DNA of 64,000 nt from Actinomycetota bacterium (GCA_947487595.1 CANKXJ010000001.1:1689-65688); one strand, 5' to 3'. Numbered from the stretch's first letter, positions 50,829 through 60,632 are shown. Notes: a model not told the origin generated them from the letters alone. Translations and numbers: made by a program.

Positions 50829-51238
50829 GCAAGAAAAATTATCCTGTATCAATAGATGAATTGGCCCTTAAAGCCAAGCTAGATCCACTTTCCTATGATG
50901 TGCTGCGAAACGCTGCAACTGAGCGACCTTTTACCGGTGAATACACCGACACCGACAAGGTGGGTGTTTATAAGTGCAAAGCGTGCAGCGCTGAACTTTT
51001 CCGCAGCGAAACTAAGTTTCATTCAGGATGTGGGTGGCCTTCTTTCTATGCACCATCTGATGATGATGCAGTCGAGCTCATTGAAGATCGTTCACTATTT
51101 CCACGAGTGCGAACTGAAGTTCGATGTGCAGCCTGTGGCTCACACTTGGGTCATATCTTCAAAGGCGAGGGTTATGACGTTCCTACCGATGAGCGCTGGT
51201 GCATTAACTCAGTTTCATTAATCCTTGAGGATATTTAG
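50825..51238 (+). CDS. msrB: Peptide methionine sulfoxide reductase B
   Basis: TERPFTG, CKAC, KF.SGCGWPSF, HLGHIF, RWCINS. Confidence 0.95.
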   Translation: MSKKNYPVSIDELALKAKLDPLSYDVLRNAATERPFTGEYTDTDKVGVYKCKACSAELFRSETKFHSGCGWPSFYAPSDDDAVELIEDRSLFPRVRTEVRCAACGSHLGHIFKGEGYDVPTDERWCINSVSLILEDI

Positions 51239-51879
51239 TAATCTAACCCACGGCTTTCATGAACAGCTTGATAGCAGTACCAGGCAACAACACTTCGATA
51301 TGGATGCAGTTTTTCACCTTTGAAATCTAAGGCTTTAGCCAATGTCTCTTCTTTATTTTTATGGATGATGTCCCAACCTCGGCGCACCGCTAAATCTCCA
51401 GTAGGCCATACATCTAAGCGCCCCAATTGAAACATCATAAACATTTCAACAGTCCATCGACCGATGCCCCATAGGGAAGTTAATTTGTCGTAGATCTCTT
51501 GATCATCATGGATTTCATCGATGGTATCTATAGGAATTGATTTATCAACAACTGCACCAGCAAGGCCCTTGAGTGTGCGGGTTTTTGCCCCTGAAATACC
51601 TATTTCACGCAATGCAATCTCATCGAGTTTGATTAACTTCTTAGCGTTAATCGTTCCCTTACAAAGATCAACTAAGCGCCCATGAATTGTCTCTGCGGCC
51701 TTTACGGCTAGCTGTTGGGAGATAACTGAATTAACCAGGGATTCAAAATGGGACTCATCTGGAACGTTGCGACCTATTGTGCACAGCGGGCGACGTTCAA
51801 TCAGTGATGCAAACTTGCGATCCATCTGGCCAACTTCAGCAACAATTCGCCGCATCTTTTGAGCAGAGTGGACCGCCAT
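51235..51879 (-). CDS. alkA: DNA-3-methyladenine glycosylase II (HhH-GPD)
   Basis: ISQQLA.KAA, L.GIGRWTVEM, DVWP.GDL.VR. Confidence 0.85.
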   Translation of the reverse strand: MAVHSAQKMRRIVAEVGQMDRKFASLIERRPLCTIGRNVPDESHFESLVNSVISQQLAVKAAETIHGRLVDLCKGTINAKKLIKLDEIALREIGISGAKTRTLKGLAGAVVDKSIPIDTIDEIHDDQEIYDKLTSLWGIGRWTVEMFMMFQLGRLDVWPTGDLAVRRGWDIIHKNKEETLAKALDFKGEKLHPYRSVVAWYCYQAVHESRGLDY

Positions 51880-51882
51880 AAA

Positions 51883-52476
51883 TTAGAGGGAGAAAGTTGG
51901 GTATTCGTCTGTGACAAATAGAAGTGCATAACCGAGAATCCGATTCCAATAGGCAATGGTTCCCACCACACCTTCAGCACACCACTCAGGATAATTACCA
52001 GTAAGAACAACACTTACCCAAGCAAAGATTGTGAGGAAGAAGGCATAGATGGCATAAACAAGACCAACTACATAGAGAGGAATCGCTAAGAACCACTTCA
52101 CAAGAGGCAAGTAACGATTAAGGGCTTTTGGATCTACTTCTGGGAAAGTCACACTCACAACATCATTTTCTTCCAATGAAGGATATTCATCAGTGAGTAC
52201 GAGCAGATATGCATCAACACGTGTTGAGAGTGATAGAAAAGCTTCATTGAAAGCCAATAAATATGATGGGTATGCCTGGCGGAAAACTACGGATAGAGCT
52301 ACGGGCAGAACGAAAAATCCAGTAACCCACGACATAGTGCCCGAATCAAATTGCTGAGGTGCAAAAGATGCGACAAAGATTGCTATTGGCACGATAAGGA
52401 TGATGCGAAAAAGTGCGCTTAAGCGATTTCGCTCCGTCAGGGACACATCAATCTGGGTTTCAATTTGATTGCTCAT
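51883..52476 (-). CDS. DUF4389 membrane protein
   Basis: Two repeats ending TDEYP; RYLPLVKWFLAIP; start ATG 52476 7 nt after TAAATT. Confidence 0.82.
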   Translation of the reverse strand: MSNQIETQIDVSLTERNRLSALFRIILIVPIAIFVASFAPQQFDSGTMSWVTGFFVLPVALSVVFRQAYPSYLLAFNEAFLSLSTRVDAYLLVLTDEYPSLEENDVVSVTFPEVDPKALNRYLPLVKWFLAIPLYVVGLVYAIYAFFLTIFAWVSVVLTGNYPEWCAEGVVGTIAYWNRILGYALLFVTDEYPTFSL

Positions 52477-52592
52477 GGTCACCAATTTAGCCTTAATTTG
52501 ATCCAAGCTCTTGCCATTTGCAGCGCGCATGGCCTAGTTTGCAGTCTCTTGCGGAACTATTTGCAGGTTTTTACAGTGTGTGGGGGAGTTGC

Positions 52593-53606
52593 GTGGCTGG
52601 AATCAAGGAAGTTGCAGAGGAAGCCGGGGTCTCCACGGCAACTGTTTCACGCGCCCTTCGCGGCCTTCACCATGTCAATGACTCCACGCGATCAAAGATT
52701 CTTGCAGCTGCCGAGAAGTTAAATTATCCGCTTACACCTATCAAGGGCAGTACCGCCTCTGGGCGAACAAATAGCGTGGGAGTTGTAGCACCTTATATTT
52801 CTCGTTGGTATTTCTCACAAGTAATTAGCGGTGCAGAGCAGGCATTGCGTGAAGCGGGCCTTGATCTTCTTCTCTATAACTTCAGCCAAATGAAGGGCCG
52901 CGAGAGATTATTTCAACACCAGTTACTCAAAGGTCGCGTTGATGCACTCATTGTTATTAGCTTGCCACCAACGGTTGAGGAATTTGATTCCATGCTCAGC
53001 CTTGGAATTCCAATTGCCTTAGTTGGCATGGATCATGAAAAGTGTGCCTCTGTAAAAATCGATGATATTGCTGGCGCTCGTTCTGCAACTCAACATTTAG
53101 TCAATCAAGGACATAAGAAAATCGGATTAATGTCAGGGCGTCCTGATGATCCATTTAACTTTAGCGTTCCACAAGATCGGCGCAAAGGATTCATGCAAGT
53201 GTTAGCAGAAAATGGCCTTGAGTGGTTACCTCAAAGAGAAGTCCATGGTGATTTCACAATGCATACCGCTGCCCGCGCAATGGATGATTTATTAGCTCGC
53301 CCTAACCGACCAACAGCTATTTTTTGTGAATCTGATGAGATGGCCATGGGAGCTATGCAAGCACTTCGCAGGCATGGGCTAAAAGCTCCAGATGATATTT
53401 CTATTGTCGGTTTTGATGGTCATGAGATGGCAGAGTTTTCAGAGCTAACAACTATTGAACAGCCCGTGCAATTGATGGGTGAAATGGCGGCGTGGTCAAT
53501 TATGGAGAGATTACGAAAACCAAATATAGATCCACCATCATTAGTACTTCCAACAACTTTGGTAGTTCGAAACTCAACGCGCCGCATTAGCCCCGAAGAG
53601 GCGTAG
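52593..53606 (+). CDS. LacI-family transcriptional regulator
   Basis: IKEVAEEAGVSTATVSRAL, PTAIFC.SDEMA.G, DISIVGFD, LTTI.QP; GTG start. Confidence 0.93.
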   Translation: MAGIKEVAEEAGVSTATVSRALRGLHHVNDSTRSKILAAAEKLNYPLTPIKGSTASGRTNSVGVVAPYISRWYFSQVISGAEQALREAGLDLLLYNFSQMKGRERLFQHQLLKGRVDALIVISLPPTVEEFDSMLSLGIPIALVGMDHEKCASVKIDDIAGARSATQHLVNQGHKKIGLMSGRPDDPFNFSVPQDRRKGFMQVLAENGLEWLPQREVHGDFTMHTAARAMDDLLARPNRPTAIFCESDEMAMGAMQALRRHGLKAPDDISIVGFDGHEMAEFSELTTIEQPVQLMGEMAAWSIMERLRKPNIDPPSLVLPTTLVVRNSTRRISPEEA

Positions 53607-53653
53607 TTTTAGCCTCTTTCGCTAATTGAGCTGGGCAGGGTAACCTAGCCGCT

Positions 53654-54823
53654 ATGCCCGATAACAACGTTGTTGCGCCCGCACTAAGTGAGCTTCTGAC
53701 ACATAGCTCTGAAAAATGGCGGGGATTTCCAGCAGATGTTCTGCCTCTCCCGGTCATGGAGATGGATTTTCCGATAGCGCAACCAATTCGTGACGTGTTA
53801 ATCGAGATGGTGAATCACTCAGACCTTGGTTATTTAGGACCAGTTCCTGAGTTAGCCGATGGCTTTGCCGCATTTTGTGCCAAGCGCTGGGGCTGGGAGA
53901 TAGATAAGTCGCAGGTGAGAATTGCAGCAGATGTTGGGGTTGGCTGTGTTGAAGTTTTACGCGTCTTTACTAAGCCAGGTGATCGCATCCTTATTAATTC
54001 ACCGGTATATCAAAATTTCTATAACTGGATCAACGAAGTTCAGTTAGAAAAAGTTGATGTTCCCTTTGTCAAGAGCGTTTCTGAGAGTGATGATGTAAAT
54101 CCTTGGTCACTAGATTTTGATGAAGTTGAGAAAGCATACGCATCTGGCATTAAGGTTCATCTGCTTTGCTCTCCTCATAATCCGTTAGGTCGAATTTATT
54201 CACGTGCAGAGCTGACTCGAATTGCAGAAATGGCAAAGAAATATGCCGTGATTATCATCAGCGATGAGATTCACTCACCATTAGTTTTTAAATCACATGA
54301 ATTTGTTCCATTCTTGACTATTAGTGAAACCGCTCGAGAAGTAGGTATTGCCGTAACTTCTGCTTCAAAAGGGTGGAATATTGCAGGACTTAAGTCAGCT
54401 TTAATTGTTTCCCAAAATAAGGCAATCGATGAGGTTCTAGCCTTGATGCCACTAGCTGTTAAATTTCGATCTTCAATCCTTGGTGCCTTCGCATCGGCTG
54501 CAGCATTTAAAGATGGCGAAGTCTGGCTAGATTCAGTAATTGATACATTGGAAGAGAATTCAATAATGGTTCGCGATTTACTCAGTGCCAAACTACCTTC
54601 AGTAAAAACCCATTTACCTCAGTCCAGCTATGTTGCTTGGCTGGACTTATCAGCGCTAAATCTGGGCGAAAACCCTGCCCAAACACTATTGGAGCGCGGC
54701 AAGGTGGCTTTCAATGCTGGATATATGTATGGCCCGCAAAGTTCTCAGTTCGTGCGTTTAAATTATGCAACGAGCCCAACAATTCTGACTGAGGCGATAG
54801 ATCGAATTGTGAAATCTTTGTAG
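53654..54823 (+). CDS. MalY/PatB-family PLP enzyme (cystathionine beta-lyase-like)
   Basis: SEKW, LP.MEMDF, LCSPHNPLG, SDEIH, SASKGWNIAGLK. Confidence 0.88.
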   Translation: MPDNNVVAPALSELLTHSSEKWRGFPADVLPLPVMEMDFPIAQPIRDVLIEMVNHSDLGYLGPVPELADGFAAFCAKRWGWEIDKSQVRIAADVGVGCVEVLRVFTKPGDRILINSPVYQNFYNWINEVQLEKVDVPFVKSVSESDDVNPWSLDFDEVEKAYASGIKVHLLCSPHNPLGRIYSRAELTRIAEMAKKYAVIIISDEIHSPLVFKSHEFVPFLTISETAREVGIAVTSASKGWNIAGLKSALIVSQNKAIDEVLALMPLAVKFRSSILGAFASAAAFKDGEVWLDSVIDTLEENSIMVRDLLSAKLPSVKTHLPQSSYVAWLDLSALNLGENPAQTLLERGKVAFNAGYMYGPQSSQFVRLNYATSPTILTEAIDRIVKSL

Positions 54824-54825
54824 TG

Positions 54826-56337
54826 ATGCACTATGACGTTGCAATTATCGGTGGGGGTCATAATGGCCTTGTTGCAGCAACGTATTTAGCTAAAGCTGGC
54901 AAATCTGTAGTAATCCTTGAAGCTAATGCAGAGGTGGGCGGAGCAACAACGAGTGTTCGAGCATTTCCCGAATATGACGCCATGCTCTCTCGTTACTCGT
55001 ATTTGATTTCACTTCTACCTGACCAAATTGTGAGTGATCTGGGCTTAAATTTTGAACGCATTTCTCGGACTGTATCTAGCTACACCCCTTACTCTCGAGG
55101 CGGTAAAGACTCTGGGCTCTATGTTGCGCGCCAGTGGGATAAAGCAACAGAAGATTCATTTAATGAGTTAGATCCAACTGGTGCTGAGTGGGTGGCTTGG
55201 CAGGATTTTTATAATGAAATAGCTGAGTTTGCACTCAAAATTGCACCTTCTATGCTCCATCCCTTAAAGAGTCGAAGTGAATTAAAGGCAGAGATTGACA
55301 TGCCTCAAGTGTGGGATTACTTGATGGAGCGCCCTATCGGTGAAGTAATTCAAGCACGCTTTAAGGATGACGTAGTTCGTGGAGTAATTCTGACCGACGC
55401 ACTGATTGGAACTTTCGCTTCAGCCTATGAAATGCAAGCAAACATCTGCTTTTTGTATCACTTGATTGGAAATGGAACTGGCGAGTGGAAAGTTCCACGC
55501 GGTGGAATGGGAGCTTTAGTTAAAGAGTTAGTGCGTGTGGCAACTGCAGCTGGTGTGGAGATAAGGGTTAATTCTAGAGTTTCATCGGTTACTACAACTG
55601 CAGATAAAGCAACTCTTTCACTAGAAGATGGAACAACAATTACTTCTAGTTATGTATTGAGCAATGCTGCCCCACAAGTTCTGGCGCAGCTACGTGGAAA
55701 AACTCCTCCTATCAGCCTTGAAGGCTCACAGATGAAGATAAATATTTTGTTAAAGTCATTGCCTAAGTTGAAATCTGGAATGGATCCACGATTAGCTTTT
55801 GCTGGAACATTTCATGCCCATGAATCCTTTGCTGAGTGTGAATCAAGCTATTTGGATGCCAAGGCTGGCAATGTGCCAGGAATGCTTCCTATAGAAATGT
55901 ACTGTCACACGTTAACTGATCCATCTATTCTTAGCGTTGAACTGCAAGAGCAGGGATATCAAACTCTCACACTCTTTGGTTTACACACACCAGCCGCCCT
56001 CTTTGATGCTGACAATGAAGCCGCTAAAGCTGCTGCACTTACAGCCGCCCTAGCCTCAATTAATCAGTATTTAGTTGAACCCATTGAAAATATAATCGCG
56101 GCTATTGAAATTAAGTCACCCCTGGATATTGAGAGCGAAGTCGGTCTGCCCCGTGGAAATATCTTCCATAAGGATTTGAGTTTTCCTTTCCGTGAAGATA
56201 ACCAGCACATACGTTGGGGAGTGGAAACCGATGATGCCCGCATCTTTATTTGTGGGGCAGGAGCTATTCGTGGCGGTGGCGTAAGCGGTATTCCCGGCCA
56301 CAACGCAGCAATGGCAGTGCTAGAAGCATCGGCATAG
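54826..56337 (+). CDS. Phytoene-dehydrogenase-like FAD oxidoreductase (COG1233)
   Basis: IIGGGHNGLVAA.YLA, SRYSYL, PRGGMG, GNIFH, GGGVSGIPGHNAA. Confidence 0.85.
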   Translation: MHYDVAIIGGGHNGLVAATYLAKAGKSVVILEANAEVGGATTSVRAFPEYDAMLSRYSYLISLLPDQIVSDLGLNFERISRTVSSYTPYSRGGKDSGLYVARQWDKATEDSFNELDPTGAEWVAWQDFYNEIAEFALKIAPSMLHPLKSRSELKAEIDMPQVWDYLMERPIGEVIQARFKDDVVRGVILTDALIGTFASAYEMQANICFLYHLIGNGTGEWKVPRGGMGALVKELVRVATAAGVEIRVNSRVSSVTTTADKATLSLEDGTTITSSYVLSNAAPQVLAQLRGKTPPISLEGSQMKINILLKSLPKLKSGMDPRLAFAGTFHAHESFAECESSYLDAKAGNVPGMLPIEMYCHTLTDPSILSVELQEQGYQTLTLFGLHTPAALFDADNEAAKAAALTAALASINQYLVEPIENIIAAIEIKSPLDIESEVGLPRGNIFHKDLSFPFREDNQHIRWGVETDDARIFICGAGAIRGGGVSGIPGHNAAMAVLEASA

Positions 56338-56346
56338 GATGAGCAG

Positions 56347-57402
56347 ATGAGCAAAAAGATTGAAACAAGTGCGATTACTGCTGGACGTCCGCCGATTACA
56401 CCCGATGCACCACTAAATCCTTCTATAGTTTTAACATCAACTTTTCATTCGGGTGGACCCATTGGTTATGGTCGTTACGGAAATCAAACGTGGACATCTT
56501 TAGAAGAAGCAATTAGTGAGTTAGAAGGCGGACAAACTCTTACATTTTCCTCTGGCATGGCAGCAATCAGTGCGGTCTTTTCAATTCTGCCCATTGGAGC
56601 GCCAATAGTTGCTTCTAATCAAGGCTATAGCGGTGTGATGAGCCTGCTTAATTCTTTTCATGCAAGTGGCCGGTTAGAAGTCAGATTTGTAGATGTAGTC
56701 AACACTCAAGAAGTAATCGATTCTATGAAGGGTGCTGCGCTCATCTGGCTTGAGTCTCCAACTAATCCATGCCTAGATGTTGCTGATCTTCCAGCGCTAA
56801 TTGGCGCAGCTAAGAAATTGGGAATTGGTGTGGCAGTAGATAACACTTTTGCAACTCCACTTGTTCAAAATCCTTTAGCGATGGGTGCTGACATTGTCAT
56901 GCACTCGGTTACTAAGTTCTTATCTGGCCATAGCGATGTTTTAATGGGCTCGCTCTCAACCAATGATCCAGCTCTCTATAAGCGCCTGCATGACTCACGT
57001 AGCTTTAATGGATCTATCCCAGGTCCATTTGAAGCCTGGCTAGCTCTGCGGGGAATTCGCACATTCCCACTTCGCTTCAATAAATCACAGGAGAGCGCTA
57101 AAGAGTTAGTACAGCGACTCTCGAGCCATCCAAAAATTACACGTGTCCGCTACCCAGGTTTTGGCGCCATTGTTTCTTTTGAAGTTGATGGAACTGCAGA
57201 GCAAACCCAAAAGGTCTGTGAATCATCAACAATGATCGCCCACGCCACATCTTTAGGTGGTGTTGAATCATTGTGGGAGCGCAGACGCCGCTGGCCCATT
57301 GAATCTCCAACCGTTCCAGAGCAGCTCATCCGTTTATCGGTGGGTTGTGAGCATGTTGATGACATTTGGGACGACATGTCTAGGGCCCTTAACGCTATCT
57401 AG
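56347..57402 (+). CDS. metB: Cystathionine gamma-synthase / trans-sulfuration enzyme
   Basis: YGRYGN.T, SSGMAA, ESPTNP, DNTFATP, HSVTKFLSGHSD, TSLGGVESL, RLSVG.E. Confidence 0.85.
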   Translation: MSKKIETSAITAGRPPITPDAPLNPSIVLTSTFHSGGPIGYGRYGNQTWTSLEEAISELEGGQTLTFSSGMAAISAVFSILPIGAPIVASNQGYSGVMSLLNSFHASGRLEVRFVDVVNTQEVIDSMKGAALIWLESPTNPCLDVADLPALIGAAKKLGIGVAVDNTFATPLVQNPLAMGADIVMHSVTKFLSGHSDVLMGSLSTNDPALYKRLHDSRSFNGSIPGPFEAWLALRGIRTFPLRFNKSQESAKELVQRLSSHPKITRVRYPGFGAIVSFEVDGTAEQTQKVCESSTMIAHATSLGGVESLWERRRRWPIESPTVPEQLIRLSVGCEHVDDIWDDMSRALNAI

Positions 57403-57436
57403 CGCAGGAAAGTGCAATAGAGAGTATTTTTATCTC

Positions 57437-57586
57437 ATGGTTAAAGCCTTCCGCCGAATAATCGCAGCAGTAACAGTTGCTGTGTTGGCTTTTCGCGCCG
57501 TGGGCTCTTTTCTTTCATGGATAGAGCATCAAGAAGACACCGTGGCAGATACGTGGATTGATGAAGATGAGTTTGAAGATGTCTGA
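57437..57586 (+). CDS. Hypothetical 49-aa protein (hydrophobic N-half, acidic tail)
   Basis: MVKAFRRIIAAVTVAVLAFRAVGSFLSWIEHQEDTVADTWIDEDEFEDV; TATTTT 6 nt upstream; overlaps the next gene. Confidence 0.6.
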   Translation: MVKAFRRIIAAVTVAVLAFRAVGSFLSWIEHQEDTVADTWIDEDEFEDV

Positions 57587-57962
57587 TTCAACATACGTTG
57601 CAGGAACATGCAACATTGGACAGAAAGAGATTCGTAGAAGGCAGTTCGTTGCACTTGTTGGCCTATTTCTCTCCGTATCATCTTTGGTTGCAATGATTTC
57701 TGTGAGCGCACCTACAGGAGCGCGAGTGGGAATATTTCTACCTTTAATGGTGGCAGCAGTGGGATATGTCCAATCCCGCAGTAAGTTTTGTCTTGCCTAC
57801 GGCTTTGCTGGCACGTTCAATTTCGGCAAACTCGGTGACTTATCACGCGTAAGTAACCCACAAGATAAAGCAGCTGATCGCGCCACAGCGCTAAAGATTC
57901 TTGGTAAATCATTCCTGCTTGCCTCTATAGCAACATTGGTGGTTTTAGTACTACCCTTCTAA
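57579..57962 (+). CDS. Hypothetical 3-TM membrane protein with CNIG and FC motifs
   Basis: YVAGTCNIG..E.RRR, Q.RSKFCLAYG, three hydrophobic segments. Confidence 0.7.
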   Translation: MSDSTYVAGTCNIGQKEIRRRQFVALVGLFLSVSSLVAMISVSAPTGARVGIFLPLMVAAVGYVQSRSKFCLAYGFAGTFNFGKLGDLSRVSNPQDKAADRATALKILGKSFLLASIATLVVLVLPF

Positions 57963-57964
57963 GC

Positions 57965-58303
57965 ATGAAGATACAAATTCATGCACGTAACGCCGAACTT
58001 GCCGAAGATTTTAGAGAGATAGCGCAAGAGAAATTAAATTCCATGGAGCGCTTTGGTGTGGTCATTGACCGCGTTGAAGTAGAGATACTTCATGAAACCA
58101 ATCCACGTTTAGGTAAGCACTCACACCGAGTGATTCTCACTTCTCATGGTTCAGGACCACTGCTTCGCGCCGAAGCTAGCGAGTTCAATGATCTAGCTGC
58201 CTTTGATGGCGCAATGAAGAGCTTTGATATTCAAATCCGTAAGATTCATGAAAAAAGCAAAAATCACAGTCGAGAAACGTTGAGAGATAAAGAGATAGTT
58301 TAG
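57965..58303 (+). CDS. Short HPF/RaiA ribosome-associated protein
   Basis: MKIQIHARN.E....R....EKL, RVEVE..E.NPR, RAEA...D..AAFD.A......Q.RK. Confidence 0.75.
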   Translation: MKIQIHARNAELAEDFREIAQEKLNSMERFGVVIDRVEVEILHETNPRLGKHSHRVILTSHGSGPLLRAEASEFNDLAAFDGAMKSFDIQIRKIHEKSKNHSRETLRDKEIV

Positions 58304-58311
58304 CCTGCGAG

Positions 58312-59919
58312 TTAAGCCAAGATCCAGGCAGTTGAAAGTGCCGGAATCACCTTTTTTCCATCTCGAGCATCTACGGTGCCGCCACTAACGATTAATAGTT
58401 TTCCATCTGCATCACACTCTTTGGCAGAATCTGAAAGATTCATGACGACTGTGATTGCTCCTCTGACATAAGAGAGCAAAGAATCCCCTTTTTGCCCGTG
58501 TTGGGATGACTCAAGCCAGGTAATTCCACCTGCTCCAACTAAGAACTCTTTGCGCAGCTGCAGTGCAGTTTTATACAAATGTAAAGAACTCTTAGGATCA
58601 GCTAATTCATTCTCAACAGTTAAATCTTTCCAGCTCTGGGAAATTGGAAGCCATGGCTTTCCAGTACTAAATCCAAAGGGGGTTGTGTCTCCACTCCAAG
58701 GAAGTGGCACGCGCGCACCATCTCTGCCCTTACTTGGAGCATTGCTTCTAAAAAACATTGGATCTTGTCGATCTGAATCCTGTAATTGACCATCAGGTAG
58801 TCCTAATTCTTGACCCGCAAAAACATATGTAGAGCCAGGCAGACCAAAAACAAAGAGCGCAAGTGCACGTGCTTGTTCTTCACCAATGCGGCTAGCCACA
58901 CGAGGTGAATCGTGATTGCTCAGCGCCCACGTAGGCAGGGCATTAACTGCTGCATTGAGTGAAATTGATCGTTCAACCACACCGAATAGCACATCTGAAT
59001 TAAAGTCAGCAGTCAGCAAATCAAAGTTGAAGACTTGATGGAGCTCATCTGCTCGAACATAACGAGTTGCATTCACAGGGGGATGAACCCAGGCCTCAGC
59101 AACTGCCATGATCTCGCGGTCACCATATGAATCAAAGAGTTTGCGCCATTTTCTATAAATCTCATGCACACCTTGGCGATCAAAGTAGGGAACGGTGAGC
59201 AAGAGTGCATTGCGCTTTTCAAAATCCATCGCTACATCAAGACGCAAGGCATCACTTAGACCCTGTGGATCATGGTGATTGGTTAAAACATCTTCTTTGA
59301 CCAATCCGTGTGCCACATCTATTCTGAAACCATCCACGCCTAAATCAATCCAAAAGCGCAAAGTCTTTTCAAAGTCAGCATTCACTTCAGGGTTTTCCCA
59401 ATTCAAATCTGGTTGTGTTGAATCAAAAAGGTGTAAATAGAACTGTCCGTCTTCTACCTGGGTCCATGATGGGCCACCAAAGATTGAAATCCAGTTATTA
59501 GGGGGAGATCCATCTTCATTTGCATCATAGAAATGGAATCGCGCACGCTCTTTAGAACCGCGGCCAGCTTTCAAGGCTGCCTGAAACCATTCATGTTGAT
59601 CAGAGAAGTGATTAGGAACGATATCGGCAATCACTCGAAGATTGCGCTTATGAGCTTGTGCGATTAACTCTTTGGCATCATCAAGATTTCCAAAGCGTGA
59701 ATCAACATCGCGGGGATTAGCAACGTCATATCCACCATCTTTATTGGGGGATGTGTAAAAAGGGCTCAACCAAATTGCATCCACACCTAGGCTTGTCACA
59801 TAATCCAACTTGCTTGTGACTCCAGGTAGATCGCCCTCACCATCGCCATTGCTATCAAAGAATGAGCGTGGGTAGATCTGATAAATCGTGGCTTCTTTCC
59901 ACCACGGCGCGGAGTTCAT
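58312..59919 (-). CDS. GH13 alpha-glucosidase
   Basis: WWKEATIYQIYPRSF.D, DIVPNH, GFRIDVAH, VAEAW, SNHD, RDGARVPLPW. Confidence 0.93.
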   Translation of the reverse strand: MNSAPWWKEATIYQIYPRSFFDSNGDGEGDLPGVTSKLDYVTSLGVDAIWLSPFYTSPNKDGGYDVANPRDVDSRFGNLDDAKELIAQAHKRNLRVIADIVPNHFSDQHEWFQAALKAGRGSKERARFHFYDANEDGSPPNNWISIFGGPSWTQVEDGQFYLHLFDSTQPDLNWENPEVNADFEKTLRFWIDLGVDGFRIDVAHGLVKEDVLTNHHDPQGLSDALRLDVAMDFEKRNALLLTVPYFDRQGVHEIYRKWRKLFDSYGDREIMAVAEAWVHPPVNATRYVRADELHQVFNFDLLTADFNSDVLFGVVERSISLNAAVNALPTWALSNHDSPRVASRIGEEQARALALFVFGLPGSTYVFAGQELGLPDGQLQDSDRQDPMFFRSNAPSKGRDGARVPLPWSGDTTPFGFSTGKPWLPISQSWKDLTVENELADPKSSLHLYKTALQLRKEFLVGAGGITWLESSQHGQKGDSLLSYVRGAITVVMNLSDSAKECDADGKLLIVSGGTVDARDGKKVIPALSTAWILA

Positions 59920-60083
59920 AAGGCGAATTTAGGTGAGCATCATGAACTCAAGCAATGCAAGAATACTGAAACTATGGTCAGTAATGTCTCGCTTTTATAA
60001 CGATTTAATCTTTAGGACAGGCTTCAACTTCACAGACCAATGTGTTCATCTCTGTCGATGATTAGTCAAGTTCAGTAAATTCT

Positions 60084-60533
60084 TTATCGGGTTGGAGAAG
60101 GTGAAGATTTCTTATCTTTCATCTTATTCAGGGGTGCCATTTCAACTGGCTTAATCGGCTTCACAGGAGGGGTTGGTAGGGCACCGAGCGCTGTAATTGC
60201 TACATCGCGAGCAACGCTAGCTGTGGTTACTGCGATTTTTTCTTTAGAAAGAATTTCATTCTTAGCAGAAGCAGTTTTTGCTAATTTCAACGCTGTGCGA
60301 GCGTCACGGTGCGCTGTTTCAACGGCGAGCATGAATGTACGATTTATTTGTTTGCGAGCCTTTTCGCGCACCACAACTAAATTACGGAATAGATCTAAAT
60401 CCATTTTGTATTGATTCATCAACATTTGATAATCGGGAGAAGGCGAGGGTGTTGGTTCAGCTGATGCAGATTGGGAGGTGGAAAAGAGCAGGGTCAGGGA
60501 GATAACAAGTAGTGCTGTCCCTCGCGTTCTCAT
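60084..60533 (-). CDS. Hypothetical secreted helical protein with Pro-rich termini
   Basis: Signal peptide ending ASA/EPTPSPSP, Ala/Lys-rich helical core; start 60533 or 60548. Confidence 0.7.
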   Translation of the reverse strand: MRTRGTALLVISLTLLFSTSQSASAEPTPSPSPDYQMLMNQYKMDLDLFRNLVVVREKARKQINRTFMLAVETAHRDARTALKLAKTASAKNEILSKEKIAVTTASVARDVAITALGALPTPPVKPIKPVEMAPLNKMKDKKSSPSPTR

Positions 60534-60554
60534 GCCTAAATGATGCATCTATCT

Positions 60555-60572
60555 GTTGTGATTTTTCTGTGA
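60555..60572 (-). promoter_or_regulatory. OmpR/PhoP-type direct repeat TCACAGA-N4-TCACAAC
   Basis: TGTGA at 60557 and 60568 (11-bp period) between the secreted gene and the response regulator. Confidence 0.6.
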
Positions 60573-60632
60573 AATGGCCTTGGAGAGTGAAAATTTATTG
60601 GATTTAGCCCCCCATCATGCAAGAGTGGCCCT

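Noticed and set aside
54826-56337. crtI carotenoid/retinal pathway gene
   Set aside because: Matches the broad COG1233 group; no crtE/B/Y, blh or rhodopsin gene in the window
52593-59919. E. coli-like malI-malY maltose regulon with the GH13 gene
   Set aside because: No sugar transporter and no LacI palindromic operator found upstream of either gene; MalY fits better with the neighbouring metB
60000-60050. 14-aa minus-strand ORF MNTLVCEVEACPKD
   Set aside because: No convincing SD or correctly spaced -10; expected by chance
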